Below, piece after piece: positions 42,051 to 50,938 of a DNA stretch of 61,849 bases (within the stretch, counting starts at the first letter, position 1; each line of letters begins with the position of its first letter). The DNA comes from Acinetobacter sp. (GTDB taxonomy: Bacteria > Pseudomonadota > Gammaproteobacteria > Pseudomonadales > Moraxellaceae), in assembly GCA_008017315.1 (NCBI GenBank), contig SSHE01000001.1, positions 1 through 61,849 of the forward strand, given 5' to 3'. Both the position numbers and the translations under genes were made by a program. The notes beneath the pieces were generated by a model. It did not search any database. It saw nothing but the letters and a program-made list of their open reading frames with translations, and was not told where the DNA came from.

Positions 42051-42084
42051 AAAAAACCGTTGAAAATGAAGTTCAACGGTTTTT
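42051..42084 (-). terminator. Terminator after rlpA
   Basis: AAAAACCGTTGAA-N7-TTCAACGGTTTTT. Confidence 0.85.
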
Positions 42085-42102
42085 GATGTGGTTCGACTGA
42101 AT

Positions 42103-42726
42103 TTATGAGTTCGGGCCTTCAACACGCTCAATGGTCACGCTGCCTACGCCAGTGCCTGAAATACCAATTGCTTTGGCTGCACCATAGGATAAGTCAAGTA
42201 CACGATTGCCATGGAATGGCCCACGATCATTGACTTTAACAACAACACTCTTACCATTATTTTTGTTGGTGACTCGAATATAACAGTTTAATGGTAGATT
42301 GCGGTGTGCTGCCGTAAGTGCATTCATGTCAAAACGTTCACCACTTGCAGTTGGGCGACCATGAAACTGACGACCATACCAAGATGCCATCCCATTTTGG
42401 GTGAATTTTTTGACTGTATTGGATGCAACCGTATTTAAACGGTCAAGTAAACCATCTTCTTCTGGTACAGATACTTTTGCCGCAACGACTTCTTTGTTAA
42501 TGATGCGATTATTAGACGTTTCGGTAATGCTTAAACCTGTGAGGGCATCCCCATTGCCTTTAAATAGGCTATCACTTAGGGCTTGAATATCTTTATCAAT
42601 CACACGAGCTGCTAAACTGGTGTTGTTGTCGTTATGCCAGTTTTGTGTTGGTAGCATGTCCGCCTGAGCGTGAAGTGCTAAAGTACCTGTGGCAATCATT
42701 AGAAATCTTGTAAAAGATTTTTGCAT
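42103..42726 (-). CDS. rlpA: RlpA-family lytic transglycosylase (DPBB domain only)
   Basis: GMASWYG, TAAHR.LP, VNDRGPF, DLSYGAA. Confidence 0.93.
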   Translation of the reverse strand: MQKSFTRFLMIATGTLALHAQADMLPTQNWHNDNNTSLAARVIDKDIQALSDSLFKGNGDALTGLSITETSNNRIINKEVVAAKVSVPEEDGLLDRLNTVASNTVKKFTQNGMASWYGRQFHGRPTASGERFDMNALTAAHRNLPLNCYIRVTNKNNGKSVVVKVNDRGPFHGNRVLDLSYGAAKAIGISGTGVGSVTIERVEGPNS

Positions 42727-43068
42727 ACGTTAGCTCCTATATACGGGAGGTTGTGATGACATTTAGTGTGAAAAATTCACTTGCTGAATGACTGTCATTC
42801 ACAACACGTCCGACTTAATGATGTATGTTGCAATCTTTGGATGTGGCGATAATAGTGGTAAATATTTAGTCTTGTCTATCACTAAGCAATAAATCATGGC
42901 AAAAAGTTACAAAATGAATGATTTTTTGGTTATAAAATAATCAATATTGTAACATAATGTGTATTTTGTCGATTGTTTACACTTTTTGCCATATAAAACG
43001 GTTGCATTTTTTGAAAAGCATAATATTTATATAATCTTATGCTTAAAATTTGGGCTAAAAATTGTGAT

Positions 43069-44052
43069 TTATCGGCTACTTATTTCTTGTCCGAGTAGCC
43101 AAACTGCAGCGGCATACATCCGACTATTATTATAGCTGGTGATGACGTTGAAGTTTGGATAGACAATATAGTAAATCAAGCCATAGCTATCCTCGAGTTG
43201 AATGCCATTCACCATATCTAGTGCATCAATTTTGATGGTAGGGTTTAAGGGTTGTAAGCCGAGTTGTTGCATTTGACCATAAGGCTTGGTATTGCCTAGT
43301 TCAAATGGTTTGGCAATGATATCGGCAGGATTGTTGCCAGAATAGGAGGCGAGATAACCAATAGGTTGATTGCGTTGCCAGCCATTTTTTGCCAAATAAT
43401 TGGCAATTGAGCCAATGGCATCGATAGGTGAGTTCATTAAATCGACATGTCCATTAGCATCAAAATCCACACCAAATTTATTGATATTACTCGGCATAAA
43501 CTGTGGATAGCCGATTGCTCCAGCATACGAACCCACCACACTTGAAGTGGGGCGACCGTCCTGATAACTCCATGCAATGAGTGCTGCCAGTTCATCGCTA
43601 AAGTATTCTGCACGGCGAGGATAACCAAATGCGAGCGTTGCCAGTGCATCACGAGTGATAAATGAGCCTTTATTGGTACCATAGCCTGTTTCTACGCCTA
43701 AGACCCCGAGAATAATCGATTGAGGTACGCCATAGACCTGTTCCGCACGACTCAGTGCTTCGTGATACTGATGTTTGAAACGTACACCACGCTGAATGGT
43801 GCTTTCTACCAAAAAGTTCTTTTTATAGTCATACCACGGTTTGTTTTCCCCAGGACTACTCATGATGTTAATGATACGGTTGATGTGTTTGCTACCCGAC
43901 ATAGCACTGTCAATTTGTTCAGCAGACAGCCCATATTTCTGCATGGTATTGGCTTTAAATGCAGCATAGTTGGGATGCAGGATAAAATCATTGGCATAGG
44001 CTTGAGAGAGAAGCGTGCTACAAAGTACTGCGATGCTAAAAGGTTTAAGCAA
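43069..44052 (-). CDS. mltB: Lytic murein transglycosylase B
   Basis: GVETGYG, GSYAGAIGYPQFMPS, SIANYL, YNNS..YA. Confidence 0.95.
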   Translation of the reverse strand: MLKPFSIAVLCSTLLSQAYANDFILHPNYAAFKANTMQKYGLSAEQIDSAMSGSKHINRIINIMSSPGENKPWYDYKKNFLVESTIQRGVRFKHQYHEALSRAEQVYGVPQSIILGVLGVETGYGTNKGSFITRDALATLAFGYPRRAEYFSDELAALIAWSYQDGRPTSSVVGSYAGAIGYPQFMPSNINKFGVDFDANGHVDLMNSPIDAIGSIANYLAKNGWQRNQPIGYLASYSGNNPADIIAKPFELGNTKPYGQMQQLGLQPLNPTIKIDALDMVNGIQLEDSYGLIYYIVYPNFNVITSYNNSRMYAAAVWLLGQEISSR

Positions 44053-44074
44053 AATGGATACTCCAAAATATGAA

Positions 44075-45223
44075 TTAACGATGTGTATGAATGGACATAA
44101 TCACGCCAAAAGTTGCCATTAGGGTAATGATGGCAGTGCCGCCATAGCTCATAAAAGGCAGAGGAACACCAACCACAGGGAGAATACCACTCACCATACC
44201 TGCATTGACGAAAACATAAACAAAAAATGACAAACCTAACGCACCTGCAACCAAACGTCCATAATTATGAAAACTGTGTAGGCTGATCTGAAAAATCCGA
44301 ATAATAATAGCGAAATAAATCAGCATGAGAATCATCACGCCAATGAGCCCAAATTCTTCTGAATAAGCCGCAATGATAAAATCGGTATGACCTTCGGGTA
44401 AAAAGTGCAAATGTGATTGTGTACCTTGCAAAAAACCTTTACCTGACAGACCGCCAGAGCCAATGGCAGTTTTGGACTGGATAATATTCCAACCCGCACC
44501 AAGTGCATCGGCTTCGGGGTCAAGCAAGGTGATGACACGACGCTTTTGATAATCATGTAATAAAAAGAACCAAGCAACAGGAATGATTGCTGTAGCAATG
44601 GTAATGGCTGCCAAAATCAGTCGCCAGGATAAACCACTTAAAAATAGCACAAACATGCCACTGGCAAGTACCAGTAGCGATGTGCCCAAATCAGGCTGTT
44701 CAGCAATGAGTAGGAAGGGTACACCGATGAGAATGAGACTGATAAAAACTTGTTTAAAGCGTGGTGGCAGTGGATGACGTGATAAATACCACGCAACCAT
44801 CATTGGCATACCAATTTTTAAAAATTCACTTGGTTGTACGCTGCCGAAACCAGGAATATCAATCCAGCGTTGTGCACCCATACGCACTTCACCAAAGAGC
44901 ATCACCCCCAGCAATGACACCACACCAAAACTATAAAGGTAGGGGGAAAAACCCTGATACATTTTTGGTGGAATTTGTGCCATAAACAGCATGACTAAAA
45001 AACCAATGCCAAAACTCATACCTTGTTTCATCACCAAATCTGTATTTTGTGCCGATGCACTATACAGCACGGTCAGTCCAAGTATGGCATTGAAGAGTAA
45101 AAAACTTAATAGCCAAGGATCTAAATGAATGCGTTCCCAAATGGACAAAGGATAACGTACGTGTGATCCATCACGAGGTGCATAGCGAAGAAATTTATTT
45201 GGAGGTGTAAGTTGTGGCGACAT
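44075..45223 (-). CDS. rodA: Rod shape-determining protein RodA
   Basis: QPSEFLK, QPDLGT, FLPEGHTDF, PFMSYGG. Confidence 0.97.
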   Translation of the reverse strand: MSPQLTPPNKFLRYAPRDGSHVRYPLSIWERIHLDPWLLSFLLFNAILGLTVLYSASAQNTDLVMKQGMSFGIGFLVMLFMAQIPPKMYQGFSPYLYSFGVVSLLGVMLFGEVRMGAQRWIDIPGFGSVQPSEFLKIGMPMMVAWYLSRHPLPPRFKQVFISLILIGVPFLLIAEQPDLGTSLLVLASGMFVLFLSGLSWRLILAAITIATAIIPVAWFFLLHDYQKRRVITLLDPEADALGAGWNIIQSKTAIGSGGLSGKGFLQGTQSHLHFLPEGHTDFIIAAYSEEFGLIGVMILMLIYFAIIIRIFQISLHSFHNYGRLVAGALGLSFFVYVFVNAGMVSGILPVVGVPLPFMSYGGTAIITLMATFGVIMSIHTHR

Positions 45224-45392
45224 AAGGCTGTCAATTCATCATCATTAAAGCTGCTTAATGCTAACATAGGCTGTATGCTGGATTAAGAGCGTTTATTTTT
45301 TTATTTCAATAAGGTGTAAAGGAATATTTTTTGATGTATTTGGTGTGGCTACCGTGACTGAGCAAATTCAGACCACGGCAGCATACGCTTTT

Positions 45393-46052
45393 TTATTTTT
45401 GTACCAGTAAGTTATCAAAGTGTTGAGTAAATGCCAATAATTCTTGCTGACTTAATGACGGAATAAGTTTTTTAATCACGATATGTACAGCTGTTTCGAC
45501 TGCACTGGTTGCGACGCTTGCAGCTCCACGCTTAATCATGCCCAAACCTAGAGTTTTATTAAATTCAGTCATAAAATGGTGAATTAAGGCATCGGCGAAT
45601 GTTTTAAAGAGATTGGTTAAATTTTCACGCTGTGCCTTGCCATTCCCAGCAGCAACTTCAACAAAACTCTTTTTCATTTCGGTGACTAAATTGTCGGGTA
45701 ATACTGTCCCGATACGCTGTTTACCTTCATTGTCGGTAAATAGGCTTTTTTCCATAAAAGCAAAAGATTCAAGTACCTGTTCATTTGGTGTTTTGCTTAG
45801 AAGTTGTTTAAGCAAAGTTGCGACGATACCACGGATTTTGATTGCGAGTTCTTCAGTTGTATCACGTTTTTCACTTGGTGGAAATTTTTGAACGAGATGC
45901 ACCAGCATGGTATCAATTAACTCATCGTTCAGTTGTAATGCAATTTTGTCACGCAAAGGGTATTGTGGTTCTTTGCTATCACGATTTGCCTGAGCGAGTT
46001 GCACGCCTTCACTTAAAGTCGCAGATGGGATAATCCCGAAATAGCTGGTCAT
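45393..46052 (-). CDS. Hypothetical helical protein
   Basis: GAGG RBS before ATG 46052; 219-aa ORF after queF; two similar helical halves. Confidence 0.75.
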   Translation of the reverse strand: MTSYFGIIPSATLSEGVQLAQANRDSKEPQYPLRDKIALQLNDELIDTMLVHLVQKFPPSEKRDTTEELAIKIRGIVATLLKQLLSKTPNEQVLESFAFMEKSLFTDNEGKQRIGTVLPDNLVTEMKKSFVEVAAGNGKAQRENLTNLFKTFADALIHHFMTEFNKTLGLGMIKRGAASVATSAVETAVHIVIKKLIPSLSQQELLAFTQHFDNLLVQK

Positions 46053-46078
46053 GGATGAAACCTCTATATATATTTGTT

Positions 46079-46894
46079 TTACTGTCTTGCCAAACGAATT
46101 GGCGTGGGTAACCAGGACACATCTGATACACGACACGGGTTAATGTCTAAACCACCACGACGGGTATAAGCTGCATAGACCATCAATTGTTCTGGTTGTA
46201 GCAGTGTCCATATATCAGCAAAAATATGTTCGACACATTGTTCGTGAAACCCATTATGCTGACGGTAGGAAATGATATAGGTTAATAGTGCTTGTTCACA
46301 AGGCTTTTTACCACGATAACGAATAAAAACTGTGCCCCAGTCGGGCTGATTGGTGACAGGGCAGTTGCTTCTTAATAGATGGGAGTAATATTGCTGTTCA
46401 ATCACATGTTGATGTTGTACATCTAATTTTAACAGTGCTGGATTGGGCTGATAGTCGAGAGTATGAGGTTGAAAGTCATCCAAACAAATGCCTTGAGGTT
46501 GGCTGATGGCGAGTTCATCAACTGAAAACAAAGTGATCTGTACCGTTGCCCCAGCGACACGAGTGAGATCCTGTTCAACGGTGGCAATAAACTGCTCACG
46601 ACGCATACGTTCAAAATTAAAACTATTAAAATAGAGTTTTAAGGATTTGGATTCAATCAGATTGGGGGAGGATGCAGGAATCTGTAAACGTGCAATAGCA
46701 ACCTGTGGCTTGCCTGTTTCATCTAGCCATGAAATTTCAAATACATGCCACCAATCAACCCCTTGCTGGATACCTGCAATATCGGCATAGTTTTGTCGTG
46801 ATGCTTCACGGGCAATAGGAAACAGCACTTGTGGACAATATTGCTGCGGATACTGGGTATCCTGACCTAAAAGAGAATGTTCAACCTGATTCAT
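46079..46894 (-). CDS. queF: NADPH-dependent preQ0 reductase
   Basis: ESKSLKLY, CPVTNQPDW, FHEQC, YTRRGGLDINP. Confidence 0.97.
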   Translation of the reverse strand: MNQVEHSLLGQDTQYPQQYCPQVLFPIAREASRQNYADIAGIQQGVDWWHVFEISWLDETGKPQVAIARLQIPASSPNLIESKSLKLYFNSFNFERMRREQFIATVEQDLTRVAGATVQITLFSVDELAISQPQGICLDDFQPHTLDYQPNPALLKLDVQHQHVIEQQYYSHLLRSNCPVTNQPDWGTVFIRYRGKKPCEQALLTYIISYRQHNGFHEQCVEHIFADIWTLLQPEQLMVYAAYTRRGGLDINPCRVSDVSWLPTPIRLARQ

Positions 46895-47667
46895 TATTCA
46901 CGCATTCCTGTACCACGAGCCAAGAGGGAGTAAGCAAAGCTATAAAGTGCAACACATACCACACTAATAATGGCGAGAGATAGCCAAACATTCACATCAC
47001 TTTGTCCTAGAATCCCAAAGCGAAAAGCATTGACCATATAGACAATCGGGTTGATGAGCGATAAATTTTGCCAAAATGGACTTAGGCTACTCATGGCATA
47101 AAACACCCCACCCAGATAGGTTAAGGGTGTGAGTACGAAAGTTGGGATAATGGAAATATCATCAAAAGATTTGGCATACACGGCATTAATAAAACCACCC
47201 AATGAAAATAAGATCGCTGTGACCAATACCGTATATAAAGTCACAAAAATATTATGCAAAGCTAAATGGGTGAAAAATAGGCTCATGATGGTCACAATAA
47301 AGCCAACACACAAACCTCGTGCTACACCACCCATGACAAAACCCAATAAAATAATATGATTGGGAACAGGGCTACTGATGAGTTCTTCGATATTACGTTG
47401 GAATTTTGCCCCATAAAAGCTAGAACAGACATTTGAATAGCTATTGGTAATCACTGCCATCATAATCAAACCAGGGACGATAAACTGCATATAGCTAAAA
47501 CCACCCATATCGCCAATTCGTGAACCCACTAGATTACCGAAAATCACAAAATATAAACTCATGGTAATCGCAGGTGGCAATAAAGTTTGTGGCCAAATAC
47601 GCAAAAAACGACGAATTTCCTTGTGTAATAAGGTTATAAAGGCAATGCGTAACTGTTCGGCATTCAT
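46894..47667 (-). CDS. ABC-2 transporter permease (YadH-like)
   Basis: RIWPQTLLPP, FIVPGLIMM, LTPLTYLGGVFY. Confidence 0.92.
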   Translation of the reverse strand: MNAEQLRIAFITLLHKEIRRFLRIWPQTLLPPAITMSLYFVIFGNLVGSRIGDMGGFSYMQFIVPGLIMMAVITNSYSNVCSSFYGAKFQRNIEELISSPVPNHIILLGFVMGGVARGLCVGFIVTIMSLFFTHLALHNIFVTLYTVLVTAILFSLGGFINAVYAKSFDDISIIPTFVLTPLTYLGGVFYAMSSLSPFWQNLSLINPIVYMVNAFRFGILGQSDVNVWLSLAIISVVCVALYSFAYSLLARGTGMRE

Positions 47668-48602
47668 GCGGTTGCCCCCGTAAGATTTTTTTCCACCAAA
47701 TTGACAAATAATTCTTCCAAACGGTTGGCTTTGTTACGCATACTTTTAATCCCAATCTGATGTGCATTAAAAATGGCAAAAATATCATTTAGGGAATGGG
47801 CTTTGTCCATCGTGACTTGCACGGTCATGCTATCGAGTAACTGAAATTGTACCCCGATGATATTGAGCTCAGGCAATGAGGTTGTGGGATGTTCCAAATC
47901 AAAAATAAAGGATTCCACAGTGAGTTGATTTAAAAAGCTTTTCATGCTGGTATCTTCTTTAATTTGCCCACGATCAATAATAGCAATGCGACGGCACAGC
48001 ATTTCGGCTTCTTCCAAATAATGTGTGGTCAAAATAATCGATGTACCATTTTGATTGAGTTCGGTCAAAAAATCCCACATCGAACGGCGTAGCTCAATGT
48101 CCACACCTGCGGTAGGTTCATCCAGAATCATCAATTTTGGTTCGTGCATCATGGCACGAGCAATCATCAGGCGGCGTTTCATCCCCCCAGACAACAAACG
48201 AGACTGAGTGTGACGTTTTTCCCATAGTCCCAGTTTTTCCAAATAATGTTCGGCACGGGGAGCGGCGGTTTTTGCGGCAATGCCATAATAACCTGCTTGT
48301 GTGACTAGAATATCAAAAGGTTTTTCAAATTGACCAAAGTTAAATTCTTGAGGGACAACACCAAGATGCAGCTTTGCGGCAGAGGCATGTGCATCAAGGT
48401 CATGTCCAAAAATCTTGACCGCACCCGATGTTTTTTTAGTCAGCGAACTGATGATACTAATGGTTGTGGATTTACCTGCACCATTGGGGCCAAGTAGGGC
48501 ATAAAATTCACCTTGAGGAACATTCAGGTCAATTCCTTTGAGTGCTTGAAAACCATTTTTATAGGTTTTGTACAAGTCTTGCAAAATCAGAGCATCTGCC
48601 AT
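47664..48602 (-). CDS. ABC transporter ATP-binding protein (YadG-like)
   Basis: GPNGAGKST, LSGGMKRR, LDEPTAG, NRLEELF. Confidence 0.95.
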   Translation of the reverse strand: MADALILQDLYKTYKNGFQALKGIDLNVPQGEFYALLGPNGAGKSTTISIISSLTKKTSGAVKIFGHDLDAHASAAKLHLGVVPQEFNFGQFEKPFDILVTQAGYYGIAAKTAAPRAEHYLEKLGLWEKRHTQSRLLSGGMKRRLMIARAMMHEPKLMILDEPTAGVDIELRRSMWDFLTELNQNGTSIILTTHYLEEAEMLCRRIAIIDRGQIKEDTSMKSFLNQLTVESFIFDLEHPTTSLPELNIIGVQFQLLDSMTVQVTMDKAHSLNDIFAIFNAHQIGIKSMRNKANRLEELFVNLVEKNLTGATA

Positions 48603-48683
48603 TTTTTCTACTATCATCAATAAAACGATGACATTGTACGCCAATTTAGACAGAAACCAAGTTGAACAACGTAGCGTTCTATT

Positions 48684-49163
48684 TTATGCCCGATGATAGG
48701 GGTGGTTATGATTGATACTCATCGCACGGTACAGTTGTTCAATCAGCATAATGCGTACCAACGGATGTGGTAAGGTCAGTTTGGATAATGACCAATGCCA
48801 TGCTGCCATTTTGCGTACATCGTCAGACAAGCCATCAGGCCCACCAATCGCCAGTGCAATATCCTGTCCCTGCAATGTCCATTGTTGCATGGTTTCGGCG
48901 AGTTTTTCGGTACTGAGTTCACGTCCACCCACTTCTAATGCAATCAGCACTTCATTGGGTTTTAAGGCATTTAAAATCGTTTCACCTTCAATTTGACAAT
49001 ACTTTAAAATATCGGCAGGGGAATCGTTTTTGCCACGTTTTGCCATAGGTAATTCGATGAGTTGGGTACTTACAAAAGGTTGGATGCGTTTGAAATAATC
49101 TTCAAAACCAGTGATGACCCAGCTCGGCATTTTTTGTCCAATGGTTAAAAGGCGGATTTTCAT
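48684..49163 (-). CDS. rlmH: 23S rRNA pseudouridine-1915 N3-methyltransferase
   Basis: IGGPDGL, SLSKLTLPH, EQLYRA, HPYHR. Confidence 0.97.
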   Translation of the reverse strand: MKIRLLTIGQKMPSWVITGFEDYFKRIQPFVSTQLIELPMAKRGKNDSPADILKYCQIEGETILNALKPNEVLIALEVGGRELSTEKLAETMQQWTLQGQDIALAIGGPDGLSDDVRKMAAWHWSLSKLTLPHPLVRIMLIEQLYRAMSINHNHPYHRA

Positions 49164-49333
49164 AAGCATGATAAAATATAATGACAATGTGCCACACTTT
49201 AAACGGATTTACGCAAAAGACCAAGGGAATCTAAAATCATGTGAACTATGATACTTTTTTTGGTGTGCGGATTTACTTTTATGAGAATAATTGCTATTTT
49301 TCTTTGGATTTTTACACAACAATGGGTTAAAAA

Positions 49334-50626
49334 ATGTCGATTAAATATGTGATTGGGGGTGTTGTTGCGGTAGGTGCGACAACTTTGGTGGGTGGTAATC
49401 TGTACGCAGATCAGCAGCTCAAAAGTTTTTATCAGCAAGAAGTCAAATCGGCGGATAAAAAAATGATAAATATCAAAGTCAATCACTTAAATATGGGGGC
49501 ATTGTCAGGAGAGGCGGATTATATCTTGTCCATCATGCCAGACCCATGTCAGCCTCAAGATAAGTTTGATTTACATATCAAAGATAAAATTACTCGTCAG
49601 CTAACAGGCTATAAAATTGATTCTACTGTGGTTTTGCCTGAAAATATTGAAAAGACTTTGAAACCGATTTTTTCAGGGCAAGCACCTGTAGCCATGCAAT
49701 CGACTTTCTCATGGACAGGCAATATACACGTCAAAGCCAGTAGTCCAGCGATTGATTACAACAAAGACAATCAATATGTGCAAAGCAAAGGCATTGTTTT
49801 AGAATTTGATACCAACAAAAAAGACTATCAATTGATGAAAGATATTCATTTGGATATGCCATCGTTGGTCGTGCGAAATGACAGCAGTTATTTCGCCTTG
49901 GATAAGCTGAACTTTGAGGCAGATCACATTCACTATAAAAAGATTTTACCAAAATCATCCAGTGCTTTGACTTTGAATCAATTAAAGTTTAATACTTATA
50001 CCGAACAGCGTCCGATAGAAGTCAATGTACAACAATTTAAGCTGTCGAATCAAAGTGAGGTTAAAAATCAAAAATTTAGCAATATGAATAAATTCGAAAT
50101 TGGTAAATTTAAACTGCCTGCTAGCGAAGAATTTGGCAAACTTGCCATGAATTTCGACATCAAAGATATTGATGCGGTGAAATTACAAGCCTTGCTTGAT
50201 GAACTGGATAAATCTGGACAGGAATGTCAAGCGACTGAACAAGCACAAGAAAAATTGATGCAGGCCGCTTTGCAGGTTTTGGAGCAAGGGATTAAATTTG
50301 AATCGAAAAACAATGTCATCACGCTAGGCGATAAGACTTTGACCGCCAATATCGAGGGGACATTACCACAAGGTCAATATGGTACGATGATGAACTTTAT
50401 CAGTGCTGCACCGACCAAAGTCAGTGTGACAGGTCAGGCAGAAAGCTCTAAAGCTTTTGTGAAAGAATTGATGAAGTTAAACCCTGCCATGGCTGCACAA
50501 GCAGATGACCGAATGGTGGATGAAATGCTTAAACAGTTCCAAATGCAAGGTATGCTCAAAGTTGAAGGTGACAAGCTCATCAGTAAGTTTGAATATCAAG
50601 CAGGTCAGCCACGTTTTACCAATTAA
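49334..50626 (+). CDS. YdgA/DUF945-like membrane-anchored protein
   Basis: Single N-terminal anchor, beta-rich body, C-terminal QGMLKVEGD...FEY. Confidence 0.65.
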   Translation: MSIKYVIGGVVAVGATTLVGGNLYADQQLKSFYQQEVKSADKKMINIKVNHLNMGALSGEADYILSIMPDPCQPQDKFDLHIKDKITRQLTGYKIDSTVVLPENIEKTLKPIFSGQAPVAMQSTFSWTGNIHVKASSPAIDYNKDNQYVQSKGIVLEFDTNKKDYQLMKDIHLDMPSLVVRNDSSYFALDKLNFEADHIHYKKILPKSSSALTLNQLKFNTYTEQRPIEVNVQQFKLSNQSEVKNQKFSNMNKFEIGKFKLPASEEFGKLAMNFDIKDIDAVKLQALLDELDKSGQECQATEQAQEKLMQAALQVLEQGIKFESKNNVITLGDKTLTANIEGTLPQGQYGTMMNFISAAPTKVSVTGQAESSKAFVKELMKLNPAMAAQADDRMVDEMLKQFQMQGMLKVEGDKLISKFEYQAGQPRFTN

Positions 50627-50638
50627 GACCGTTATCTC

Positions 50639-50670
50639 ACCACATTTAACCGATAAAGGTTAAATGTGGT
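50639..50670. terminator. Hairpin/terminator between convergent genes
   Basis: ACCACATTTAACC-GATAAA-GGTTAAATGTGGT. Confidence 0.75.
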
Positions 50671-50675
50671 CATTG

Positions 50676-50927
50676 CTAAAAATTCGCAATTTGAAAAATG
50701 CGTGCTTCGGGCGAAAAAATACCGACCACAAACCAAATCGTAAAACCAATCCAACATATTAACGCAAAGGCACGAATCTGCTCGGTATTGAGTTCAGTAT
50801 TGCCCAACCAACCTGTGAATAAAAATCCCCACCAACTTTGCACGACAGTTGCACCACCCCAATAGATGATCCATTTCTATATTAAAGCATTGATACAATA
50901 GACAAAAATCCATAATCCCAAGCTCAT
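50676..50927 (-). pseudogene. Small Trp-rich membrane protein gene with in-frame TAG at codon 17
   Basis: AGGA RBS; reads MSLGLWIFVYCINALI*KWIIYWGGATVVQSWWGFLFTGWLGNTELNTEQIRAFALICWIGFTIWFVVGIFSPEARIFQIANF*. Confidence 0.7.
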
Positions 50928-50938
50928 AGTATGCGTTC

